From positions 13,097 through 77,096 of the forward strand of contig URVV01000003.1 of the NCBI GenBank assembly GCA_900551455.1: a stretch of 64,000 nucleotides of DNA, given 5' to 3'. This document shows, in pieces, positions 29,672-37,844 of this stretch. Position 1 is the stretch's first letter. Each line of letters opens with the position of its first letter. Both the position numbers and the translations under genes were made by a program. Source of the stretch: an uncultured Mycoplasmatota bacterium. GTDB taxonomy: Bacteria; Bacillota_I; Bacilli_A; RF39; UBA660. The notes beneath the pieces are model-generated. The model did not search any database. It was not told where the DNA came from and saw only the letters and a list, made by a program, of their open reading frames with translations.

Positions 29672-29699
29672 AAAAAAATGGAGATGTGTCCATTTTTTT
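29672..29699 (-). terminator. Weak terminator hairpin after the Ham1-like gene
   Basis: AAATGGA-gatgtg-TCCATTT is flanked by A7/T7 runs. Confidence 0.4.
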
Positions 29700-30279
29700 C
29701 TAATTATTTAATTTTTTTTGATACCATTTAGCAAACTCTTCGATAGCACTACTTGATTTGTCTATTTTCTTGCGGTTTTCTCTTTCTTCGGGAGTCATTT
29801 GGGCTAGAGTTTTAGTTAAGCCGTTGGGAATAAAGATATACCACAAATCAGACCATTTCTCTTGGTGATCTAGGCCTTGCTTTTCACTTGAAAGTGAACC
29901 TTTACTTTCTCCGTAAAAATATTTAATAGTTTCTCCATCATAGTAAGCAAGACATTCTTTAAATTGGCATTTTTTATTGCTTTTATTTTTCATTAATTCT
30001 AGTATTCCATCTATTCCAATGGTATCTAGAGTGAAGTTGACAAAAGCTTTGGGAAAACCATTTAGTTCTTCGATAAAGAAACCAGAATCGAGAGCTATGC
30101 AGGGCTTTTTGACAACTTGATAAGCTTCTTTTAACTTTGGCGGTAGCAATTCCTTTGATACTATCGCTACGAGGTTCAGATAGTTCATATTCGTAAGTAG
30201 AAATTTTTAAACCTTTGAAGTATTTTTCAGCAGATTTGGCTTTTCCTTTATTGTGAGTAACAAACACTATTTCTTTCAT
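29700..30279 (-). pseudogene. Ham1/RdgB-like non-canonical NTP pyrophosphatase, interrupted by a +1 frameshift in an A4 run (or a sequencing error)
   Basis: ORF 29983-30279 (MKEIVFVTHNKGKAKSAEKYF...GIATAKVK) and ORF 29700-30188 (...KEAYQVVKKPCIALDSGFFIEELNGFP...) join into one Ham1-like protein if one A is removed from AAAA at 30129-30132 (plus-strand TTTT). Confidence 0.65.
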
Positions 30280-30610
30280 AATTCCTCCTTAAATCTTATT
30301 CTTATATTAATGAATAAATTTTTTATAATTTTATTATATTACTTATATAGGAAGTATTATGGCTATATAATTAAATTTACTTGGTTAGATATTATATTTT
30401 ATCTTAAGACTTAAGATAAATTCTTTTTTTGGGATTACAAGGAATGCCGGTATCATATGAGAGATCTAGAAAGATATTATTTAAAGGGGTAATAGTGATA
30501 TTATCATAAAGATATTTATTTACGGTATTGATGGCTTCGATGGTTGCCTCGATAGATTTTTCATATAGTTCAATTAAACTTTCAGAATGAACTTCTTTTG
30601 GTTCGTGGGC

Positions 30611-30655
30611 TTATTTACCACAACATTGTTTATATTTACGTCCTGAGCCACAAGT
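30611..30655 (-). repeat. SEC-C-motif ORF 3'-end remnant, copy 1 (att-like)
   Basis: It encodes RTCGSGRKYKQCCGK-stop with a TGA two codons upstream, so there is no gene body. The first 27 nt (TTATTTACCACAACATTGTTTATATTT) are identical to 49165-49191. Confidence 0.7.
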
Positions 30656-30777
30656 TCGTCATTTTTCAGTATATATGATACTATGAAATATATATAGTAT
30701 TATATGTTTTTCAAGGAAAAATGAGTCTGAACAGTATTGGTATTATGTCATACATATAATATATATATAACTATACG

Positions 30778-30808
30778 TTTTTTTATTTTTGCGCACAAAT
30801 TGCACACA
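30778..30808 (+). repeat. Direct repeat DR-a, left copy (TTTTTTTATTTTTGCGCACAAATTGCACACA)
   Basis: It matches 37902-37932 (TTTTTTATTTTTCGCACACAAATTGCACACA) at about 29 positions with two small indels. A related unduplicated site is at 49326-49363. Confidence 0.65.
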
Positions 30809-30866
30809 TTGTTATCATCAGCATTCGTTCTCTACTTAAAATTATAACATTTTTTTATATAAAAAT

Positions 30867-32831
30867 CTATAATTCACCTTTATAAAAATAAATTTTCATT
30901 GCATCTTCGTTATAGGTAGGTTTTGAAATATCTATATTTAGAAAATTTGATATATAATATATTAAATATTGAGATGAAATCAATAAATCATACTCACATA
31001 ATATTCCATCATATCTACTTTCAATTATCAAATTTTGATCTTTTTCTAAATATTCCAATAGTTTTTTCTCATATAAATTTGTAGTTTTTTGCTTAAAATA
31101 AATATTTTTTTTATGACTTAAATGCTCGTAATTAATAAATCTTCCATGTGAAAAATTTTTCTTTTCATGAATTAAACAATTATATATACCAGACTCAATT
31201 ATTTTACTTTCTAAATCACTACCAGCAGATTCAGTAAAATCTCCTGTAAAAATATTAAAACTATTTCCTTCTTTTAAAAATTCTTTTAGTTTTTTTTTAT
31301 TTTCTTTAAAATATTTGTCAAAGTAATTTTTCCAATAATTTATACTATCTCTAATAAACTCTTGAATATCATTTCTTGAGTTTTTTTCAAAAAATAATTT
31401 TAAAAATAAACTAGCTGGAGCCAATGCTCCTTCAAAAGATAAGAATCCTCTCTCTTTTCCTTTATTTGTACCTGTTCGATATGAAATAACATTATTTTTA
31501 GATATTCCAGTTTTTGTTACAACCTTTTGTAATTCACCTTTTGTTATAATATATTTATTATCGTTATTAATTAAACTTGTTGATACAAGTAAATCATTTG
31601 TTGTTCCAGAGTAAGTAAACAAAAATACTGAATCAACACTATTATTGTTTCTATAATATAGGTCTCTAGGATATAAAGCTATTGTATTTATCCCATATAA
31701 ATGATTAATAAGTTTAGATGAAAATTTTGCTCCTGAAAAAGAACCACCAGTTCCCACAAAAATACTATTATTAAAACTTTCAAAATCTATTTTAGCTAAC
31801 TTATTATAAGCACTACTATTAATAGCATTAATTATTCTTGTTTCTAAATTATTAATATTTATATTACATCTTTTTATTTGTTTCCTTAATGAAATATTAA
31901 AATTACTGCAAGTGCAAGCATCTTTCACTTTTTTTATTTTATATAAATTTTGTATATGTCCTCGTGCACCAAACTTTTTTACAACCTTTTTTGTAAGTTT
32001 AGTTGCTTTTTCAAAAGTTGAATCTATAAATTTACAATCAATAATATAGTTATTTTTTATATACTCGCTAATAAACATTGAAAAAAACGCATCACCAGCA
32101 CCTGTTGGATCAACTTCTACCTCTGGATTACTTAACTCTTTATTGACTTTATTATTATCAAAAACAAAATCTGAACCTTTTTTTCCTCTAGTTACAATTA
32201 TCATTTTAGGATGTAGTATATTATATATCTCTTCCAATGATTTTATAGAAAATCTATTTTTCAAATATTTTTCAACTCGTTCATTTAAGTTTATAGCATC
32301 AAATTTATTTTTAATTTTTTCTAGTATTTCATTATCATTATAATTTTCTAATTCAAAATATTGTCCCAAATCTAACATTTTTCTATTATTACAATTATCT
32401 ATAATAATTTGATTTTTATTGTTTAAATTGTCAAAAACCAAAACATCATCTTTATTAATTTGTTTCAAAATATCATTTGGTTCTATTTTACTTTCTTCAT
32501 ACCATCTTTTTATATTGCAAAATGGGCATCTTTTTTTTGAAGCAAACTCTAATTTGCCATTTAATTCTTGATATGACACATGAAAGCAACGTGTATTTAT
32601 ATCTTCTAGTCTTTTTACATTATCAATATTTGTTCCAACTTCCTTTAAGCTATTAATTGCTATAGTACCTGCCATATCATCACCACATACACCACAAACA
32701 GATGTTTCCAAACCTAGTTTAGCAATATTAGCAATTATATTATGAGAAGTCATTCCTCCATTTATTCCTACCAATTTACCATTTTTATAATAAAAATCTG
32801 TAACTAAATCTCCAATACTAATTATTTTCAT
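30867..32831 (-). CDS. Fusion protein: PfkB-family sugar/nucleoside kinase (N) + SIS phosphosugar-binding/isomerase-like domain (C)
   Basis: N-terminal part: IGDLVTDFYY, GGMTSHNIIANIAKLG and the PfkB signature DPTGAGDAFFSMF, with a CPFCN insert. C-terminal part: FVGTGGSFSGAKFSSKL resembles the SIS G-x-G-G-S loop (compare GmhA GNGGS). Confidence 0.6.
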   Translation of the reverse strand: MKIISIGDLVTDFYYKNGKLVGINGGMTSHNIIANIAKLGLETSVCGVCGDDMAGTIAINSLKEVGTNIDNVKRLEDINTRCFHVSYQELNGKLEFASKKRCPFCNIKRWYEESKIEPNDILKQINKDDVLVFDNLNNKNQIIIDNCNNRKMLDLGQYFELENYNDNEILEKIKNKFDAINLNERVEKYLKNRFSIKSLEEIYNILHPKMIIVTRGKKGSDFVFDNNKVNKELSNPEVEVDPTGAGDAFFSMFISEYIKNNYIIDCKFIDSTFEKATKLTKKVVKKFGARGHIQNLYKIKKVKDACTCSNFNISLRKQIKRCNININNLETRIINAINSSAYNKLAKIDFESFNNSIFVGTGGSFSGAKFSSKLINHLYGINTIALYPRDLYYRNNNSVDSVFLFTYSGTTNDLLVSTSLINNDNKYIITKGELQKVVTKTGISKNNVISYRTGTNKGKERGFLSFEGALAPASLFLKLFFEKNSRNDIQEFIRDSINYWKNYFDKYFKENKKKLKEFLKEGNSFNIFTGDFTESAGSDLESKIIESGIYNCLIHEKKNFSHGRFINYEHLSHKKNIYFKQKTTNLYEKKLLEYLEKDQNLIIESRYDGILCEYDLLISSQYLIYYISNFLNIDISKPTYNEDAMKIYFYKGEL

Positions 32832-32843
32832 TCATTCACCTAC

Positions 32844-33497
32844 TTAAATATTTTTTTCTAACCACTCATACAAATACTTATCTTTAAAAGCATGTGAAGT
32901 TAAAAAATGATTATCATTTTCTATAATTTTTAATTCTATATTTTTTGAATCAATATTTTTAAGTTTATTATAAGCTTGTATACTTTCATTAACATCAATA
33001 ACATCATCATTATTACCATGATATATTAAAATTGCTTTGTCTTTTACTTGTGATAAAGTTTGATTAATAGGAAGCATTATACCTCCAGACACAGATACTA
33101 TACCTTTAAATATTCCAGGTCTTGACATAATATAATTCCAAGCACCAAACGCCCCCATACTACTTCCTAAAATACATACTCTATTTTTATCATATTTATA
33201 TTCTTTATAAACTTCTTCTAAAATTTTTTCTACATCCCTTAAATGATAATCCCAAAAATTGTTGTTGGTACATTGTGGAGCAACTACAATATAAGGGATA
33301 TTAAACTTATTCATATATTTAGGCAAAGCATATTTCTCTACATCTTCTACTTTATTGCCTCTTTCTCCTATACCATGTAAAAACAATAGTAATGGCAAAT
33401 CACTTTCTTTTGTTTCTGGATCATAAACAATATAATTTATATTACAAAAATTACTATCATTAAGTTTACAATATTTTTTTAACATATATCCTACCAC
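32844..33497 (-). CDS. Alpha/beta-hydrolase fold esterase (carboxylesterase/phospholipase-like)
   Basis: LLLFLHGIGERG oxyanion region, nucleophile elbow GSSMGAFGAW, and late D and H residues (NDDVID, NDNHF); 217 aa. Confidence 0.65.
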   Translation of the reverse strand: MVGYMLKKYCKLNDSNFCNINYIVYDPETKESDLPLLLFLHGIGERGNKVEDVEKYALPKYMNKFNIPYIVVAPQCTNNNFWDYHLRDVEKILEEVYKEYKYDKNRVCILGSSMGAFGAWNYIMSRPGIFKGIVSVSGGIMLPINQTLSQVKDKAILIYHGNNDDVIDVNESIQAYNKLKNIDSKNIELKIIENDNHFLTSHAFKDKYLYEWLEKNI

Positions 33498-34171
33498 CTT
33501 ACTTTCACTAAATTTTTATTTACTTTTAGATTGTATATATTTTGTTGTAAATTATTGAAAAATAATCCCATATGATATCCATCTTGAAATGCATGATTTA
33601 CTAGTAATGAAATATCTATAAGATATCTATCATCATCTAAATAATATTTCCCCCAACAAATTTTAGGTTTACTGTTTTTTTCATTAAAATCAATCGCATC
33701 TTTAAAATTTGAAAAAGTAATCCATGGGATACAAGTTATATTTATTTTATTCATATTTTCCAATCCTAATATTTTATAGTACGGAACATTATTAGATGCG
33801 TCTTCTGTAGCCTTTGAAAATTCTATAAGAAAATTTGAAATATCTTCATCATATTCAACATATCTCGTAAAATTTAATTCATTATCACTATTTATAACAG
33901 TTGCTGTTGCTGCTAAAGTATCATATTTATAAACAAATTCATTTCCGTCTTCTTTACCAAAACCATACTTAAATGCATCAATATCATTCAATGATTTCAG
34001 TACAAAATAAGTCATGCAACCATAAAATGAAATTTTATTTTGTTTACAAAAATTTATTAAATTAGTTATATCTATTTTAGTAACTATGCCTGTATATGGA
34101 TCACTGTAACTTGAAAATGTTTCATATGCTAATTTTCGTTTCCAATTATATATGTCAATTTTAGTTTTCAT
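33491..34171 (-). CDS. Chloramphenicol acetyltransferase (CAT, type A) family acyltransferase, divergent
   Basis: By eye it aligns to CAT_I along its whole length: IDIYNWKRKLAYETF vs VDISQWHRKEHFEAF, CIPWITFSNF vs ANPWVSFTSF, and GKYY...LLVNHAFQDGYHMG vs GKYY...IQVHHAVCDGFHVG. The catalytic His is retained. Confidence 0.7.
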   Translation of the reverse strand: MKTKIDIYNWKRKLAYETFSSYSDPYTGIVTKIDITNLINFCKQNKISFYGCMTYFVLKSLNDIDAFKYGFGKEDGNEFVYKYDTLAATATVINSDNELNFTRYVEYDEDISNFLIEFSKATEDASNNVPYYKILGLENMNKINITCIPWITFSNFKDAIDFNEKNSKPKICWGKYYLDDDRYLIDISLLVNHAFQDGYHMGLFFNNLQQNIYNLKVNKNLVKVRW

Positions 34172-36491
34172 TCTTCATCTTCCTTTTTACATATAATACT
34201 TCACTCTTTTTAGAATAGTTGCCATTTTTTGCTAAACATTCTAGTATTTTTCTTCTATTTAAATCAAAAATCCCTAAAGAGTCTTCATATGGATTTGTAC
34301 TATACGGATCTCTCCAACTATATGGACTAGAGAAATATAAACCTTCTATAAAATTAAAGAAATGTCTATAATCTACAGCTCCATGATTAGGCATGAACAT
34401 TTGGCTAATTCTATTAACTCCTGGATACCTTACAGCAACTATTTTATCAACATCAATACCTATATCATAAAAAGTAGTTATAGCTAGTTGCATTGTTTTA
34501 CCAGTTAATAAATTGTCATCTAATATAATATATTCTTTTTGTTTATCAATTCCAAAAAGTTCGATACCACCAGTTTTAAAAATATCAAAAAATCTTAATT
34601 CTAACGATTGCTTTTTTGCATATCCTGTTACATTCTTGTTAAATTTTAGTATAGAAACATCATTTATTCTATCATCTATTGATTTCATTATAATTGGTAA
34701 TTCTAAACCACCATAACATAATCCACAGATACCTTTATTAGAAATATTAGAATCTTTTTGTAGCGTTAAACTACAAGTAATAAAGTTTTCTGCAAAATTA
34801 TCTATCTCTCTGTATGCTCTAAAATCTTTAGAATAATTCTCTTTTTTAGGTTGTTTAATAAAATTCAATCTAAACTCATTAGTAATTAAAATTATATTTT
34901 TAATTAAATTTTCTATTTCAATACTATTAATTTTATAGTTTTCATCGAATGAAATATTTTTCATCAAATTTTCAGTACTTATTAAACTATTATATAGTTT
35001 GTACATTAATGAATCTTTAACTAATGTTTCCAAATTAACCATTACATTTTTTTCTATCTGATTATTAACAATTTGTTGATTTAATAGAATTAACAAATAA
35101 TTTCTAACATTATCTATTAACCCTAATATCATTTTTACATTATTTAAGTCATTTATATCTAATGTATTATTAATTACTATTAAAGACTTTGAAAAAAATT
35201 TCATATTATTATTTAACCATTCATATATCATTTCTTTAGTTGTTATATCTTTTCGTGTATTTTCGTCATGAATTCTTTGTGATAAAAAATAATAATATAT
35301 ACCAGAACCTCTTAATAATATATTTTCATTATCATACATTGAATAACACAAACTAGAATCGTTATATGTAAGCCATAATTGTTTTAGTGGATTATTATCT
35401 GGTATAGTAATCCATTCATACATAGGAATTTTTATGCTTCCACTTGACGAATCAAATAAACTAACTATTCCATCTACTGCCTGAAATTTATCATTAATTA
35501 AATTATTAAAATATGTAATTTTATTGTTTTTTCCTTGTGTCATTTTCTTTTCCACTTTAGCATAGGCTCTTGCATATTCGCTTTGTATAGCATGTTCCAA
35601 GCAAATTGTAGGTAATAATTTTACTTTTTTTAATAAACTTAAAGTACCATTTATACCTGTTATTATTTTTCCATTATCAATAACTGGAAAACATTTATCA
35701 AAATCTCCACTTGTTTTTTCAACGCTAAATCCTTGTGGACAATTTAACATAGAATAATCGTTTCCAAGTTGATCACCACAATCTCCAATTCGAAGCATTG
35801 AATTTTGTGGAATACCTATCATTCTTTCAGCAACTTGTATGGCTTTATTTTTGGTGGCAGTACCTATTTGTAAAACTTGTTTGCCATTATGCATTCCTAT
35901 TGTTAAGTTTAAATTTGTGTTTTGTGAATTTCTTATTAATGAATTAATAATTCTTATTATTTCATTCTCAAATTTTACGCTATCGTTCAAAATCATTATT
36001 CTTATATTTATTATAGCACTTGTTTCAGAATCTATTGAATATGTAATTTTACAATGTTCATTTAAAATAGATGTATTTAATAAAGAAAGAATTTTTTTAT
36101 TTAATTCTTCTAATTTAATAAAATCTTCTTTAGATGATATATATTCACTAATATTAAAAAGTTTTTCACTATCACCACTAGTCATAAATATCCTTGCACC
36201 ATCATTAGTAAGTGCATACATTTTTAATAATTGTTTTTCAGTAACATCGTATTTGTTTCTTAAATCATAAATAATATCACTTAATAAATCATTTAATCCA
36301 GTCTCTCCTCTACCTGTGATAAAAACTACCGGAATATGCTTTTTTAATATATTTGCTAGCATTGGCAAAATACGAGAATCAATCTTTGCTGAATTATCTT
36401 TTGTTAACGTTCCATCGATATCGAAGCATACTGCATTGTATTTTTGTTGCAATGCTCTTTGATAATTATTTAACAATTCTTCATTCATCAT
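34161..36491 (-). CDS. 776-aa fusion: HAD-IIB (Cof-type) phosphatase (N) + unknown helical middle + type I phosphoribosyltransferase-like domain (C)
   Basis: HAD motif I CFDIDGTLT, motif II FITGRG and motif IV IGDCGDQLGNDYSM. The C-terminus has the PRPP-loop-like YIILDDNLLTGKTMQLA preceded by CGLCYGGLELP. Confidence 0.6.
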   Translation of the reverse strand: MMNEELLNNYQRALQQKYNAVCFDIDGTLTKDNSAKIDSRILPMLANILKKHIPVVFITGRGETGLNDLLSDIIYDLRNKYDVTEKQLLKMYALTNDGARIFMTSGDSEKLFNISEYISSKEDFIKLEELNKKILSLLNTSILNEHCKITYSIDSETSAIINIRIMILNDSVKFENEIIRIINSLIRNSQNTNLNLTIGMHNGKQVLQIGTATKNKAIQVAERMIGIPQNSMLRIGDCGDQLGNDYSMLNCPQGFSVEKTSGDFDKCFPVIDNGKIITGINGTLSLLKKVKLLPTICLEHAIQSEYARAYAKVEKKMTQGKNNKITYFNNLINDKFQAVDGIVSLFDSSSGSIKIPMYEWITIPDNNPLKQLWLTYNDSSLCYSMYDNENILLRGSGIYYYFLSQRIHDENTRKDITTKEMIYEWLNNNMKFFSKSLIVINNTLDINDLNNVKMILGLIDNVRNYLLILLNQQIVNNQIEKNVMVNLETLVKDSLMYKLYNSLISTENLMKNISFDENYKINSIEIENLIKNIILITNEFRLNFIKQPKKENYSKDFRAYREIDNFAENFITCSLTLQKDSNISNKGICGLCYGGLELPIIMKSIDDRINDVSILKFNKNVTGYAKKQSLELRFFDIFKTGGIELFGIDKQKEYIILDDNLLTGKTMQLAITTFYDIGIDVDKIVAVRYPGVNRISQMFMPNHGAVDYRHFFNFIEGLYFSSPYSWRDPYSTNPYEDSLGIFDLNRRKILECLAKNGNYSKKSEVLYVKRKMKNEN

Positions 36492-36500
36492 AAAAACCTC

Positions 36501-36980
36501 CTATAAAATTCTACTTAAAGTTTTTACAGTTTCAAATTGATTAACAGATTTTAAGTCTTCGTTAAAGTAAATACTCTTTCCACCTTTTTGTTCCCACTCA
36601 ATTAAATTTTTAATATTATCATCAATTAAAATTTCTCCATTATTTGGTAAATATATTTGACTTTTTTTCACATGAGGTGGAACAAATAATATTGGTATTT
36701 CTACCTTTCTACTTCTTAATGCCTTTACTTTTGCTTCCATTTCAACTAAAGTATGTATTTTAGTTAAAATAGAAAGCTGCTTTGAACTAGCCTGTCCTTC
36801 CAAAATATATTCAATAGCATTATTTATTACTTTAGATTCCTCTAATAATTGGAACCAATCTAATTTTTCAAAAAATTCATTCCAACTCATATCAGGTTTT
36901 TGATTTTTTCTTTCAACAACTCTCTTTTCTGTATCAAAGATTACTCCATCAAAATCAATAAATATTTTTTGATTAGTCAT
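36501..36980 (-). CDS. HAD-superfamily 5'(3')-deoxyribonucleotidase-like (NT5C family) phosphatase
   Basis: IFIDFDGVIFDT (DxDxV motif I) and the late LIDDNIKNL motif; 159 aa, typical of small NT5C-type nucleotidases. Confidence 0.55.
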   Translation of the reverse strand: MTNQKIFIDFDGVIFDTEKRVVERKNQKPDMSWNEFFEKLDWFQLLEESKVINNAIEYILEGQASSKQLSILTKIHTLVEMEAKVKALRSRKVEIPILFVPPHVKKSQIYLPNNGEILIDDNIKNLIEWEQKGGKSIYFNEDLKSVNQFETVKTLSRIL

Positions 36981-37002
36981 AGTTATCTCCTCTTGTAAAT
37001 AT

Positions 37003-37011
37003 ATTATATCA
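37003..37011 (-). promoter_or_regulatory. Extended -10 promoter element (TGATATAAT) for the five-enzyme operon
   Basis: It lies in the 57-bp gap between the WYL gene stop and the ATG at 36980. It is followed by the RBS GAGGAG. Confidence 0.4.
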
Positions 37012-37037
37012 TATATATAGGCAGTATTATGTCTTAA

Positions 37038-37631
37038 TTATTTATTGTTTAACTTTATTCTATCAATTTCAAAATGTCTAATATCATCTCTAAGTTCGCA
37101 ATATGCTGTTACATAAAACTTATTATCATAATTAAATATTTGTAAGGGATGAATCATTCTTTCTTGCCATTCTTGTTTTAAATTCCTATATAATATTTTT
37201 AGTGGTGTTTTATTTGAAATTGAATCATTTAAAGTAAAATATAATTCAGATTTATCACTAGTACCATTATCTAAAAAATATTTACTTTTTTCCTCATCTA
37301 CATCACTTGCAAATTTAATTTTATTAATTAGTTTTTTATATTTTACAATATCTTCATATTCTAATTTTTCTAACATCTTATCAACATTTTCTAATAATTG
37401 AAGATCATATTTATTAAAATGATTATATTGGTTTTTGATATTTAGTATATAATATCCTCCATTTGGTCCCATAAAGGTTTCTATTGGAATTCCAGCCTGT
37501 TCTAATTCTACTTTATAATACCTAACCATGCGTTCAGTAATACCTATTTTTTCTGATAGTTCCTTTACAGTATATTTATTACCTGTATTCAGATAGTTTA
37601 ACATTTGAATTGCATTTGATATTTTGCCCAT
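37038..37631 (-). CDS. HTH + WYL-domain transcriptional regulator
   Basis: The N-terminal wHTH is YTVKELSEKIGITERMVRYYKVELEQAGIPI (DeoR/HTH_11 type). The C-terminus LKILYRN...ERMIHPLQIFNYDNKFYVTAYCELRDDIRHFEIDRI is the WYL-domain pattern. Confidence 0.75.
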   Translation of the reverse strand: MGKISNAIQMLNYLNTGNKYTVKELSEKIGITERMVRYYKVELEQAGIPIETFMGPNGGYYILNIKNQYNHFNKYDLQLLENVDKMLEKLEYEDIVKYKKLINKIKFASDVDEEKSKYFLDNGTSDKSELYFTLNDSISNKTPLKILYRNLKQEWQERMIHPLQIFNYDNKFYVTAYCELRDDIRHFEIDRIKLNNK

Positions 37632-37844
37632 TTTTTCACTTCCTTTATTTTATTATATCATTTAATACCATTAATTTTATTAAATCAACATGAATTTTAC
37701 TTAAATTTTATTATATTAGAAATTACTTTTAACTAAATTTAATTTTTAATTAATTTGACAGTATTCACTTGTGCCATAAATTTTTTCCTCCTCTAAATCT
37801 TTTAGAGAACGAAAAAAATCAACACGAATGTTGATTTCATGATT

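Noticed and set aside
29983-30188. Overlap of two Ham1-like ORFs as two separate genes or programmed frameshifting
   Set aside because: The two halves are colinear parts of one domain. The junction is a plain A4 run without a recognisable slippery heptamer or downstream structure. A mutation or sequencing error is more likely.
30412-30610. 66-codon open frame directly downstream of, and in frame with, SEC-C remnant copy 1 (AHEPKEVHSESLIELYEKSIEATIEAINT...)
   Set aside because: It has no start codon or RBS and no recognisable motif. It may be a scrap of the original target-locus gene, but I cannot support a call.
37739-37777. 12-codon mini-ORF (MAQVNTVKLIKN) with a strong GAGGAGG 9 nt upstream, in the region upstream of the WYL gene
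   Set aside because: It is too short to support from sequence alone, and it could be a chance SD-ATG pairing. It would be worth checking in ribosome profiling, but I do not report it as a feature.
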